A DNA stretch of 63,885 nucleotides, filler included, from an uncultured bacterium (GTDB lineage: Bacteria; CAZSTA01): NCBI GenBank assembly GCA_964609495.1. It is 4 parts of 4 records of this genome, joined end to end, with 100 filler letters (N's around TTAATTAATTAA, not from the genome) between each part and the next. Parts side by side here need not be neighbours in the genome. Positions count along the whole stretch, not along the records: positions 1 to 17,195 come from CAZSTA010000064.1; positions 17,296 to 34,402 come from CAZSTA010000065.1; 2 more parts are not named here. One strand, given 5' to 3'. The translations under genes and the position numbers were made by a program. Under the pieces are notes generated by a model. That model was not told where the DNA came from and did no database searches. It was given only the letters and a program-made list of their open reading frames with translations. The stretch's first letter is position 1, and each line of letters opens with the position of its first letter. Of this stretch, positions 9,236 through 19,411 are shown piece by piece.

Positions 9236-11581
9236 TTAACGAGTAAGTCTGATCCTACTAATTCCCCTCGGTTGCAGGTATATAGGGAATTTCCCCTCCT
9301 CAGCCTTTATCTCTCCTCCGTTTAAGAATAATCTCCACCTTTGATCGGAAGGTAATATTACCAGATTATCCTTTACCCCTCTATCCCATACATTATATAT
9401 CTCAAACTCGATCTCATCTCGGAAGCTTATCTGATGAATCTCAACTCCAGGCTCTATCACGTGGATATTCTTCTCCTTCACATCTACGATTATATCCCCG
9501 AAGTCATGGGTTTCGTGATTGGCGTAAGCGATGAAGCCAGCACACCAGATATGAGCTAGCTGTAACATCGCTCCCTTAGGTTGCCACCAGTCGGTATGAT
9601 ACCATTGCTCGGTTATCATCCCCTTGCGAGCGTTGAAATCTCCATCCTCCCTAGCGATGAATTGATGGAAGCAGTAGAGGTGATCTCTCGCTCTCTCCAG
9701 ATAATAATCATCCTTCGTATAGGACCAAAGACGAAGGAGTTCAGGATGACATATCAATCCATAATTGTGAAGATGATTGTTGGAAGGAGAGGCTAAATCT
9801 GCTCCAACAGTATGGAAATTATAATCATCTAATATGGTAAAAGGTGGGAATTTAACGTTATACGCGAAACGGAAGGTCAGCATCCAATCAGCGGCTTTGC
9901 AAGCATAGGTGAGCCACCTCTTATCTTGAGTAGCCTCATAGAGATGAACATAGGCGATAAGGGCGTTGTATCCATCCTCGGAAGTGGGCGTGAGATGAAC
10001 ATCCTCCGGTGCTCCATATATATATTCGTCATCAACGAACTTGGTGTAGTAATCCCCTCCTTTGATCGCGGATTCCCTATACTTATTCTCACTGAAATAT
10101 CTAGCGGAAGCCAATAGAGCCGGAATCCACATCAAGCTACCTGCCCCATCCCACTCTACAACTTCGCCCGTCTCAATATCATAATATGATCCGAAGTTTC
10201 CATCTTCTCTCTGAACTTTCAAAGCGAACTCTAAGTTATTTTTTACTGCTTTCTCCCAATTCGGATGATCATATCCGAACTCTTTCTCATACTCCAAAGC
10301 TCTGATCATAAAGAGAGTCGCTTCGCTCACTGTCCTAGCCTGAACCCAATTCGCCTTAGGATTCCATCCCGTTCCCCAACCTCTTTCTCTAGTCCATTCC
10401 GGCCAGAATGTGCCACAAGGAGCAATTCCCGAGCTGATCTTATCTATAACTACTCTAGCCGCCTTCTCATACTCCGAAATACCCTCCTCTCTCCCCTGTC
10501 TCAATATAGCATAAGCGTAGGTAACTCCGCTGACCCAAGCTACATGCATATGAGGTCGATCGAAGTAGGTATCCCCTTTGCCGAAATATTTGTCGAAGCT
10601 AGCGGTCTCGTATAAAGCTGAGTTCTCTTTATCATAATGCCAGTGATATATTCCATAGCTTGTCAGAGAACTAGCTTGATCTTTCGGTATCCAGGAATTG
10701 GGCGGATTATAGGATTTTTCTTGATCATAAATATCCCGCACAAAGCCATTATAGGCGTGCAGTTCACTCTCGCAAGCCATAAGCTTAAAGGAGAGTTTGA
10801 ACTTCGCTCCATTTTTAATCGATAGATTTCTCACGATGGACTTATGACCATCTCCAAAGCAGGTAGTATATTTGATCGGTTCTTCTCGATAAGGGAAGAA
10901 CAAATATAATTGAGTATGGGCTTCATCTCCTCTAAATCCCAAACCCGATATCCCATCACGAAAGAGGGCGAAAGGAGAAGGATCCTCTACGTAATCATCA
11001 AATCGCTCTTTAGTAGCTAAACAAGTGGTAAAGTTATCCGTCCAGCAGAAGACAGCGGGTAAAGCGCAGCGATCTGATCGGAAATACCAATAGTTGGAGA
11101 TGAAGAGATCGGGATCTACCTCGTTTGGATCATAGCGAGGATACATCTTAAAGCAATTCTTGGGACGATTATGCTTATAGAACATCCCGGGTAGCATCCA
11201 ACGAGGGATACCAGTATCATTCACCTCGAAAGCGATAGAGAAATTAGCTTTATGCTCTTTATCCCCTTCATAGGTTAGCATAAGCTCAAAATGGAAGTAT
11301 TCGGAATCACCTATGGATAAGCGACAACTCCCTATAAAGCGGAAGGGCTTATCTTCGCTCTCCAATTCACCTTCGAAGATCAGTTTATCATCCTCAGCTC
11401 GAACTTCTCTAATTATTCCTGATACTCTCTCTCCATCCAACTCGGCAGTTAGAAACTCCTCTCCACTCATCGCTTGCTTCCATACATTCTCAGACTTAAC
11501 ATATACTATAGGAATATAACGATCCTCTTCCCGCTGAAATCGTAATCTACTCTTTGATCCTATAAGCTCTTGTTCATCCAC
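9236..11581 (-). CDS. Uncharacterised protein, probable six-hairpin (alpha/alpha)6 glycosidase-like fold
   Basis: 781 aa, rich in Trp/Tyr/His/Glu. Repeated helical-hairpin patterns (YVHLYEATQDKRWL, LWSYTKDDYYLERA). Lies between GH35 and the sugar ABC genes. Confidence 0.5.
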   Translation of the reverse strand: MDEQELIGSKSRLRFQREEDRYIPIVYVKSENVWKQAMSGEEFLTAELDGERVSGIIREVRAEDDKLIFEGELESEDKPFRFIGSCRLSIGDSEYFHFELMLTYEGDKEHKANFSIAFEVNDTGIPRWMLPGMFYKHNRPKNCFKMYPRYDPNEVDPDLFISNYWYFRSDRCALPAVFCWTDNFTTCLATKERFDDYVEDPSPFALFRDGISGLGFRGDEAHTQLYLFFPYREEPIKYTTCFGDGHKSIVRNLSIKNGAKFKLSFKLMACESELHAYNGFVRDIYDQEKSYNPPNSWIPKDQASSLTSYGIYHWHYDKENSALYETASFDKYFGKGDTYFDRPHMHVAWVSGVTYAYAILRQGREEGISEYEKAARVVIDKISSGIAPCGTFWPEWTRERGWGTGWNPKANWVQARTVSEATLFMIRALEYEKEFGYDHPNWEKAVKNNLEFALKVQREDGNFGSYYDIETGEVVEWDGAGSLMWIPALLASARYFSENKYRESAIKGGDYYTKFVDDEYIYGAPEDVHLTPTSEDGYNALIAYVHLYEATQDKRWLTYACKAADWMLTFRFAYNVKFPPFTILDDYNFHTVGADLASPSNNHLHNYGLICHPELLRLWSYTKDDYYLERARDHLYCFHQFIAREDGDFNARKGMITEQWYHTDWWQPKGAMLQLAHIWCAGFIAYANHETHDFGDIIVDVKEKNIHVIEPGVEIHQISFRDEIEFEIYNVWDRGVKDNLVILPSDQRWRLFLNGGEIKAEEGKFPIYLQPRGISRIRLTR

Positions 11582-11610
11582 AATTGTTACCTCCTCTTTT
11601 CATATAAAAT

Positions 11611-11635
11611 AGATCCGAAATTGAATTTCGGATCT
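11611..11635. promoter_or_regulatory. Perfect 25-bp palindrome (operator or hairpin)
   Basis: AGATCCGAAATT-G-AATTTCGGATCT between the GH35 gene and the downstream gene. Confidence 0.5.
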
Positions 11636-11741
11636 TGATATGCAATCCGATGATCGAATGTTAAACTTGGGCTTGATCTCACTCGAAATAACATCTCATT
11701 TAAGAGAAGCAATAGAATATATTTGAGGAGATGTCTCCTCT

Positions 11742-14700
11742 TCATCCCTCAAATCTTACTGATAATCTATCAGGTATCTTGGTATGATAGGGCTGAATCG
11801 ATATATTCCATTCGTTAAGGGAACTGTAACCTTCCACAATTAAGTTGATATAGTTCTCCTCTTCGATATAGGACTCAGGGATGTAGAATATCTCTTGAGG
11901 GCCCTCTGGAAAATATAATCCTATCATCTTTCCGTTCCAATAGATAACGATGTTCGATTTAGCCCCAGTTATCCTGAGTCCCAGAGGAGCGATGAGATCG
12001 GTTTTAGGAATCTCGACTTTTCTCCTCAGCCAAAGGATATCGGCCGATAATCTATCTAAAGAGATATCATAAAGAGAATCCCAACCCGAGTCGTCGAATC
12101 CCTTCTCTAACCATCCCTCGTTCTGTCCGAATAGATTATGCTTCACTTTACAATTTCCCTCTAATTTATAATGATACAACTCGATTGTGACCGATCCTAA
12201 TATACCTCCTCCTTTAGGGCCAGGCTGAAGGCGGATCGCAATGGTATTCTTCGCAGATCGCTTCACATAATCCGTTATATCATAGTTATAGGGCTTGTCC
12301 TCATTTCCCCATCCACTCCATCCTTGCCAGTGGCTACCTATATGCTTACCATTTACGAAGGTCTGACTTATTAAGTCTATATCATTGAATTGGAGGATAA
12401 CATATTCATCCCCTTCGGGTAGCTCGAACTCAGTTCGATACCAAACGATCCCCTGATTAGCACTAGAATCAACATTTATGGATTTTCGAAGATCAGTTAC
12501 CCTCTCTCCTACAACAGTTGAAGTCCAACCCCTTTCACTTCCTTCAGGCAATACCTCTTGTATCTCCTCCGAGTATTCTCCCCTATTAAGCGATACGAAG
12601 TGATCGCGGTGATAAGCCTCCTCTATCCATCCTTTCGTATCAGTATCAGCCTTGAATTGCCAATTATTCAGATAATATCGCGCCCGTCGGGATAGGTAGA
12701 AGCACTTTGCTATCCCGTTGAGGATAGGAAGCATACTATCCTTATCGTGACCAATGCTATGCACCCGCACTGCTAGGGTATTCTCTCCCCTCACAATAGC
12801 GGAATGGATATCTACTTCCGCCTCCTTCTTGCCAGAGCTTATGAATTCCCCATTACAGAATATAGCGAAAATATCATTCACCTCTGGCAATTTCAAAGTT
12901 AAATCCTCATCTTCATAAGAGGAATAATCAAAGTCATATAGATACCAAGTATAACCGTTGGAGTAGATTCCCATCTTTTCAAGAGGGGTCCCTAGCGGAA
13001 CCTCCGGCCAGTTTTCTGCTAACACCTTAGGGGGATAAGGGTTATCCGCCGGAGAATCAAATTTGGCTTTCCACTCAGGATCATTTAAGGAAAGTTCTAT
13101 AGAGGATCGTTGAGCATAAGCTGAATGATTAGATATCTTAACAATATTAGTGTCCAAGCGCTCTATGTCATCCACTTGACCTGTCTCCAGATAGACATCC
13201 TTAATGGGAAAAGGAGTTATCAACAGACTAGTGAATTCCCCTTCGGGCTTCTGCTCTAAATCGATCTTTAATTCTCCATTATCTTCCTCAACTGATTGAA
13301 AAGCGTAGTAATAATTAGATACCAGGTAGCCGTTACACCCCTTATGAGCGAATTTCCAAGTTCTCATAGCTCGGTAGGTATTAGTAATGATAATGATAAC
13401 CTCGGGGAAATTCGAGTCATTTCTATCGAACAATCTAACCACATTATCCCATCCTTGAGGGGTATATTCTATAAGAAGGTAATTTCGTTCTTTGTCATAG
13501 CGTCTTCTGCACATTCCTTCGACCTCGATCCTCTCTACATCAGGGAAGGAGAGGCAAATTTCTCCCCAGATATCCTCATCTCCATAGACGATCATAATGA
13601 TTTGATTGGTCTCCTCATACCTCTCGATGGCAAATATCTCGAAGGCAGAATAGTTGATCTTGATCTCAGTGTCAGGTATGGAGTAGGCAAGAGGAAATAC
13701 CCTCGTAGTTCGAGCCTCTATGTTTATAGGTAGCTCGACTGGGAATCCTATCTTCTTATTCGATATAGGAAGAGAGGTCTTCTGTATCTCAGGGGTAAGG
13801 TTAGTTACGAAGAGAAGATCTCCCCTATTGCTAGTTACAAGATCAAAATTGAGTGGCTCTCCTGTCACCTCGAACTGGGTATTTTTGACTTTCTCATCCA
13901 AGAGGATATCTTTGAAAGTCTCTAACCAAGCGGAATTAAGTCTTACATAGTAATATCTCTCCCTCAGTTCACCCCATTCGGAGATCCCCGCATCCAAGTC
14001 GTAGCTAGTGATAAGATACTTTCCCGCCAAATAGTCGAAGTGAGTCCCACCGCTTATCATATATAGATTAGAGCTTCTAACTCCCTCAGCGTAGGCGATC
14101 TTAATGAGCATATCGGTCCAACGAGGGGGGATATGCCCTATCACTGTAGGGGGATGAGATCCCACTACTGACATCCATCCCCCCTGAAATTCGATGATCA
14201 TCATCGGTTTATCGGGCTGGACATTACGAAGATCCGAGAGAGATTCCCTCAATCCCTCTAGCTTCCAAAAAGGAGGATAGATATCTAAGGCTAATAATAG
14301 GTCAGTGCTATAGTTGGTATTGCAGGAGTTATTGATGATTGGCACTTCTATTCCCTCTTCCCTGATCATACTTGCCAACTTCTCCAGATAAGGTAGATTA
14401 CCCCAGAAGTATTCGTTCTCCACTTGAACAAGGATTATATTTCCTCCTTTGGTGATCTGTTCCCCTCTTATAAGCGAGCAGATTTTATCGAACCATTTTT
14501 GAACGAAGGATAGGAACTCTGGAGTGTTGGATCGCATAATCACCCCCTTATCCCAGAGCCAACTGGGCATTCCTCCACCATCGGTCTCATTACAATTATA
14601 GGGGCCGATCTTAGCGATATGGAATAAGCCATAACGTTTAAGAAGTTCTATAAAGGATAGGTAATCTTTATTCCCGGAGAAATCGAAACTCTCGGGAAGA

Positions 14701-14888
14701 GGTTGATGAACGCTCCAGGGAACATAAGTGGTTATGCAGTTGAGAAGAGCGCTCTTTGCCTTTCTGATGCGATCCTCCCAATCTTCACGGGCTAATTTAT
14801 AATACTGAATCTCCCCTCCAAAGATGATAAGAGGCTTTCCATCTATCATAAAACTCAGTGAATTATAGGTTATATCTCTATTTTTCAT
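11742..14888 (-). CDS. Glycoside hydrolase family 35 (beta-galactosidase-like) with C-terminal jelly-roll domains
   Basis: GGEIQY, TYVPWSVHQP, IGPY..NE..GGG.P.W, acid/base QVENEY, nucleophile IEFQGGW, YM..GGT and TSYD motifs. Confidence 0.87.
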   Translation of the reverse strand: MKNRDITYNSLSFMIDGKPLIIFGGEIQYYKLAREDWEDRIRKAKSALLNCITTYVPWSVHQPLPESFDFSGNKDYLSFIELLKRYGLFHIAKIGPYNCNETDGGGMPSWLWDKGVIMRSNTPEFLSFVQKWFDKICSLIRGEQITKGGNIILVQVENEYFWGNLPYLEKLASMIREEGIEVPIINNSCNTNYSTDLLLALDIYPPFWKLEGLRESLSDLRNVQPDKPMMIIEFQGGWMSVVGSHPPTVIGHIPPRWTDMLIKIAYAEGVRSSNLYMISGGTHFDYLAGKYLITSYDLDAGISEWGELRERYYYVRLNSAWLETFKDILLDEKVKNTQFEVTGEPLNFDLVTSNRGDLLFVTNLTPEIQKTSLPISNKKIGFPVELPINIEARTTRVFPLAYSIPDTEIKINYSAFEIFAIERYEETNQIIMIVYGDEDIWGEICLSFPDVERIEVEGMCRRRYDKERNYLLIEYTPQGWDNVVRLFDRNDSNFPEVIIIITNTYRAMRTWKFAHKGCNGYLVSNYYYAFQSVEEDNGELKIDLEQKPEGEFTSLLITPFPIKDVYLETGQVDDIERLDTNIVKISNHSAYAQRSSIELSLNDPEWKAKFDSPADNPYPPKVLAENWPEVPLGTPLEKMGIYSNGYTWYLYDFDYSSYEDEDLTLKLPEVNDIFAIFCNGEFISSGKKEAEVDIHSAIVRGENTLAVRVHSIGHDKDSMLPILNGIAKCFYLSRRARYYLNNWQFKADTDTKGWIEEAYHRDHFVSLNRGEYSEEIQEVLPEGSERGWTSTVVGERVTDLRKSINVDSSANQGIVWYRTEFELPEGDEYVILQFNDIDLISQTFVNGKHIGSHWQGWSGWGNEDKPYNYDITDYVKRSAKNTIAIRLQPGPKGGGILGSVTIELYHYKLEGNCKVKHNLFGQNEGWLEKGFDDSGWDSLYDISLDRLSADILWLRRKVEIPKTDLIAPLGLRITGAKSNIVIYWNGKMIGLYFPEGPQEIFYIPESYIEEENYINLIVEGYSSLNEWNISIQPYHTKIPDRLSVRFEG

Positions 14889-14942
14889 CTTGATCTCTCC
14901 TGTTTGATTGGAGAATAGAGAAAGAAAACTAGAAGACGAAAA

Positions 14943-16505
14943 TTAGGAAATAGAGAATGTCTCTAATCCATTGATTGCCTCGGGGACCTTCTCTAAGAGA
15001 TCGCCAGCTATCATCCCTAGTTTGCCTTTCTCGCAAGCGGCTAGATCACCAGCTAAACCATGAATATATACTCCAGCTATCGCCGCAGAAGTAGGATTCA
15101 CTCCTTGAGCAATCAAGCCAGCGATGATCCCAGTCAGCACATCTCCCGTTCCCCCCGTAGCCATCCCAGAATTACCCGTAGGATTGATGAAAGCTTTTCC
15201 TTCAGGAGTAGCAGTAATCGTTCTAGGGACTTTCAACACTAAGGTTGCGGATAGCTCTTCGGCAGTATTACGCCCAATTTCTATCCTATCAGCTAATATT
15301 TCGGATATATCGATCTCGATGATTCGCGATAGCTCTCCAGGATGAGGAGTCAATACTAGAGGCGCTTTAATTCTCTTGAGAAGATCACGTCTTCCGGCGA
15401 AGGCGTTTAGTCCATCGGCATCTATTACTAGAGGTAAATTTATCCTCTGGACTAGTTCCTGAACTAACTTGACCGTATCCTCAGCGGTTGATAAACCAGG
15501 TCCTAGCGCCAAGACCGATGATTTATCAGCTAGATTCATAATTTTATCGAGAGCCTTATAGCTCAGGCTTCTGCTCGAGGTCTCTGGCAAGGGATAGGTC
15601 ATAACCTCTGTTACCTTGACCTCCATCAGATCGTTCAAGCTCTCAGGAAGTGCTAGGGTGACTAATCCCGCTCCACTTCTCAAGGCGGCGGTGCTAGCCA
15701 TCGCCGCGGCTCCAGTTAAGCCAACCGATCCTGCAACCACTAGAACCCTTCCGCAAGACCCTTTATGCGCATCATCTGCCCTCGTTGGTATGATAGACCG
15801 AACCATCTCCTCATCAACTAGCTCTACCTTTATCTCCTCGGAATTCAAGAGCTTAGCTGGTATCCCTATATGAGCTATCGAAAGTTTTCCTACGTATGAT
15901 GCTCCCGGATATACGACTAATCCTCGTTTGGGAAGTCCTAAAGTGACCGTCCGATCAGCTTTTACACACACTCCTAGAGGTGATCCTCTATCGGTATCAA
16001 GCCCTGATGGGATATCAACGGAGAGGACTGGACGAGGCATTTCATTTATCAGCTTTATAGCAGGAGCGAATAGTCCCCTCACCTCTCCCTTGATTCCCGT
16101 TCCTAATAGAGCATCTATGATTAAATCGGAATGAACGAGCGAGCTTCTGATCTGCTCTAGCTCTTCCTCCGAAGTTATCTCCTTAGGCGAAAGATCGATC
16201 CTCTCCAAAACTTCGAGATTCGTCTTGGCATCTCCAGAGATTTTCTCCTTCTCGGCTAAAAGGAATACTTTGACCCTCACTCCATAGTTGGCTAGATGAC
16301 GAGCTACTACAAAGCCATCTCCTCCGTTATTGCCCCTCCCTGCTACCACGCTCACGCTTTTGCCGTTGCTTTCCCTCAGCATCTCCAGAGCAGCTATAGC
16401 AATGCTCGATCCAGCGTTTTCCATAAGTGCTATCCCCGGAAGCCCGATCTCCTCCATACAAACCCTATCTATATTCCTCATCTCGAATGCTGTGGATACT
16501 TTCAT
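14943..16505 (-). CDS. nnr: Bifunctional NAD(P)H-hydrate epimerase/dehydratase (NnrE-NnrD, YjeF)
   Basis: LMENAG, GRGNNGGDG, DIPSG, HKGSCG, DADGL, TPHPGE and GGTGDVL motifs. Confidence 0.95.
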   Translation of the reverse strand: MKVSTAFEMRNIDRVCMEEIGLPGIALMENAGSSIAIAALEMLRESNGKSVSVVAGRGNNGGDGFVVARHLANYGVRVKVFLLAEKEKISGDAKTNLEVLERIDLSPKEITSEEELEQIRSSLVHSDLIIDALLGTGIKGEVRGLFAPAIKLINEMPRPVLSVDIPSGLDTDRGSPLGVCVKADRTVTLGLPKRGLVVYPGASYVGKLSIAHIGIPAKLLNSEEIKVELVDEEMVRSIIPTRADDAHKGSCGRVLVVAGSVGLTGAAAMASTAALRSGAGLVTLALPESLNDLMEVKVTEVMTYPLPETSSRSLSYKALDKIMNLADKSSVLALGPGLSTAEDTVKLVQELVQRINLPLVIDADGLNAFAGRRDLLKRIKAPLVLTPHPGELSRIIEIDISEILADRIEIGRNTAEELSATLVLKVPRTITATPEGKAFINPTGNSGMATGGTGDVLTGIIAGLIAQGVNPTSAAIAGVYIHGLAGDLAACEKGKLGMIAGDLLEKVPEAINGLETFSIS

Positions 16506-16857
16506 CTTATCACACCTTAGAAGATAGAAAATGCCTAAATTATGTTAATTCTCCTATATTATACAATATAATTGTCTCTAATGCAATCGCTTTCAGAAGA
16601 GACCTTCTACAATTATGATATAAGAGGAATTATACACAAGATTCCCAGCCACAAAACCCTTCACAAGCATAAAAATTAGCCCTCATCTGAGGGCTTTATC
16701 TTAATCGTTATACTAGAGAACGTAATGTGCAACTCTTCTTTGCAACTATAGAGGTCACATCATAACTTCGCACTAAAACCTGATAATAAATATTGTATAT
16801 ACTATAGTAAAGTGCGATTTTAGAATGTGATGTCTGTATTAATATCTAGATGCTTCT

Positions 16858-17088
16858 TTAAGAACTAACTTCCACTTTAGATCTTCCATCTAACGAGGAA
16901 TAGCGAAGTAGTTTCCCTGCGATCCTATCTCCACTTCTAAATATGACAGTAGATTCTTCAAATTCGCCAGTGATTCCTTCGACAAAGGTTATATACAGGA
17001 CATCTTCCTTTGGGAAGTTGAGAGCACCATAACTAGTATTAACCCTGAACTTCTCATCAAGATAGCTGTATAAATCACCGGTAACCAC
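16858..17088 (-). CDS. Small hypothetical protein, possibly a remnant
   Basis: 76-aa ORF with an AAGGAG RBS directly after the HicA-like stop codon; no recognisable family. Confidence 0.35.
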   Translation of the reverse strand: MVTGDLYSYLDEKFRVNTSYGALNFPKEDVLYITFVEGITGEFEESTVIFRSGDRIAGKLLRYSSLDGRSKVEVSS

Positions 17089-17097
17089 ACTACTCCT

Positions 17098-17195
17098 TTA
17101 TTTTAGAAGTTTTAATCTTTTTAAATCATCCTCAGTCCACTTAGCCTGTTCTTCAATCATAGTTTTGAGAATCTTTGGCCGGAAGGTATCGCCTG
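17098..17195 (-). CDS. HicA-like type II toxin, C-terminal fragment cut by the contig end
   Basis: Manual translation GDTFRPKILKTMIEEQAKWTEDDLKRLKLLK* resembles HicA-family C-termini. Not in the ORF track. Confidence 0.55.
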
Positions 17196-17295
17196 NNNNN
17201 NNNNNNNNNNNNNNNNNNNNNNNNNNNNNNNNNNNNNNNTTAATTAATTAANNNNNNNNNNNNNNNNNNNNNNNNNNNNNNNNNNNNNNNNNNNN
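17196..17295. other. Artificial contig linker
   Basis: 100 bp of N with a central TTAATTAATTAA (stops in all frames). Confidence 0.98.
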
Positions 17296-18005
17296 TGCAG
17301 TCAGAGATAGGTGAAGAGGATGTGAAGGTGGCGGAGGCGGGAGTGAAGCAGGCGCAGGCGGAATTGGATTTAGCGAAGGCGAGCGAGTTACAGTCAGAGA
17401 TAGGTGAAGAGGATGTGAAGGTGGCGGAGGCGGGAGTGAAGCAAGCACAGATGACGTTAGATTTAGCGAAAGCTGGACTTATTCAGATCGATCTGGGAGA
17501 ACAAGATGTGGAAGCGGCAAAAGCCGCGGTTAAACAAGCTGAAGCTGCCCTGGAGTTGGCTAAAATTCAACTTGATAATGCAACTATCCGCGCTCCAATT
17601 TCAGGAGTGGTATCTCAACGTTTCACTAATGTTGGAGAAATGACCGGGCCGACTTCTCCCATAGCTAAAATAGTTCAAGTGGATAAAGTTAAAGTGATAG
17701 TTAACATAACTGAGAGAAGGATTAGCGAGATATCAGTAGGAGATACTGCGGAGGTTAGGGCTGATGCCTATCCTGATATCCTGTTTAGTGGAAAGGTTAT
17801 CAAGATAAGCCCCGTGGCAAATCCTGATACTAGAACGATCCCTATTGAGATCGAAGTTCAGAATAAGGATTATAAACTGAAGCCTGGTATGTTTGCAAGA
17901 GTGAATATAACTCATGGCCCTAAGAAGAAGACATATTATCCTTTGATAGGTAAGGAATTAGTTTTCTTTATCTTAGATAGTTTGACAGATATAGAGAAGG
18001 CATAA
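17296..18005 (+). CDS. Efflux periplasmic adaptor / membrane fusion protein (HlyD/RND MFP), 5'-truncated
   Basis: ATIRAPISGVV, ADAYP..FSGKV.KISP, TRT and LKPGMFARV motifs. The frame is open back to the gap. Confidence 0.88.
17298..17471 (+). repeat. 93-bp (31-aa) intragenic tandem repeat in the adaptor coiled coil
   Basis: CAGTCAGAGATAGGTGAAGAGGATGTGAAGGTGGCGGAGGCGGGAGTGAAGCA starts at both 17298 and 17391. A third, diverged unit is visible at protein level. Confidence 0.9.
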
Positions 18006-18163
18006 GGAGTGGGAGAATATTAACAGTTACTCATATAAATGAAGGTGGGGCAGTTAAAGATGGCCTCGGTATCCTCTGATTTTTGCTCCACCTTCGATTA
18101 TTTACTTGAAACTACCCAACTTTTTGTCAATAGAGATACCTTTAATATTAGAGGGTATCTCGT

Positions 18164-19312
18164 TCAATATTGGCCATATTTCAAAGCCGAATCTATAAAC
18201 TGAAAGTAATTCCGCTCTGTTCTCTCCCAAAGAGGAATGTTTATGGGAGCGGCCGTAGGCATTATGACATAGCCTCCCCCTAGTTTTGCCGCCTCCATCG
18301 CCTCGCGCACTATCCTATCTATCCCCTCAGGAGTCTGATATTCCAGATCTCTCAGTTGGATATTCCCCATTAGGCAGATATTATCTCCACATCTCTTCTT
18401 TACTTCGTCTAAGGTTATATCTCCACTTGGAGGAGCTTCTATTGGATCCAAGGCATCAGGCTCCATAGCGGCAATCATATCGAGGACGTTAGCTAACCTC
18501 CCGTGACAATGGAATCTCGCAAAACAGCCATATTCCTGAATCATATCGATTATAGGCTTATCGTATCTAACTACGAATTCGTCAAAATAGAGAGGAGATA
18601 GATACGGCTCGGTTACATATTCTGATCCACATATCCTGAATAGAGGTCCTACTCCATTTTTGAGAAGATATTCGAGGAATTGATAATGTTTTTCGGCTTC
18701 TACCTCTAAAAGCTCGATTATCTTCTCCTTCTGGGTCATCGCTCTTATCATAAAGTCGCCAAATTCGAATAGCTCGGATACTGTGCATACAGGATCAGCG
18801 ATTGAGATGAGCATAATACCCCTATCTCCCAGACGCTCTTGAGCGATGAAAAAGTCTGATATATCTGGCTCTTCAAATTCATAAGGGATCGAGAGGTATC
18901 TTTCGATATCCTCATCAGTTTTGAGCAACGGTTCTATTTTCCAGGTGGTGTGTATCCCTTCATCGGTTCTGCTGAGGGTTGTTAAGTCTCCTTTGGAGGT
19001 ATGATATATCTTTCTCACAAAGGTGCTATTTCCTTCAATCCATTCCTCGACCGATAATATCTCCTCTTCGAGAGCATTCATCCGCCCCTCTCTAGTCAAT
19101 AATAACTCCTCTTTAAGAGTGTTCACCTGACTTACTCCCCACATATACATACAATCGGTCTTCTCGCGAATATAGTCCATAAGGAGGCGATAGGAGGGGG
19201 CTTTGTTCTCCCATGAGTCGGGATTATATCCTACCAATTCATAAGTAGATATGGGAACTCTATCCACCTCTTTATGCTGGAGCGCATTCAGCAGCCTTTC
19301 TCTGGGATTCAC
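18164..19312 (-). CDS. Uroporphyrinogen decarboxylase / MtaA-CmuA methyltransferase superfamily protein
   Basis: NPRERLL...DRVP N-terminus, FHCHG, LMGNIQ and GGYVI motifs. Start moved to GTG 19312, which follows GGAGG. Confidence 0.8.
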   Translation of the reverse strand: MNPRERLLNALQHKEVDRVPISTYELVGYNPDSWENKAPSYRLLMDYIREKTDCMYMWGVSQVNTLKEELLLTREGRMNALEEEILSVEEWIEGNSTFVRKIYHTSKGDLTTLSRTDEGIHTTWKIEPLLKTDEDIERYLSIPYEFEEPDISDFFIAQERLGDRGIMLISIADPVCTVSELFEFGDFMIRAMTQKEKIIELLEVEAEKHYQFLEYLLKNGVGPLFRICGSEYVTEPYLSPLYFDEFVVRYDKPIIDMIQEYGCFARFHCHGRLANVLDMIAAMEPDALDPIEAPPSGDITLDEVKKRCGDNICLMGNIQLRDLEYQTPEGIDRIVREAMEAAKLGGGYVIMPTAAPINIPLWERTERNYFQFIDSALKYGQY

Positions 19313-19376
19313 TTTGATAAGACCTCCTTCTGAAGCTCGAAGATGAAGAGTCGAAGATTTCTGTTTTCCCACTCAA

Positions 19377-19405
19377 TTGACAATAGGGGGAGAATGTAGT
19401 ATACT
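19377..19405 (+). promoter_or_regulatory. sigma70 promoter of holA
   Basis: TTGACA-17nt-TATACT. Confidence 0.8.
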
Positions 19406-19411
19406 ACAAGT

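Noticed and set aside
17248-17448. Proline-rich repeat ORF on the minus strand
   Set aside because: It is the antisense reading of the adaptor's 93-bp repeat and runs into Ns.
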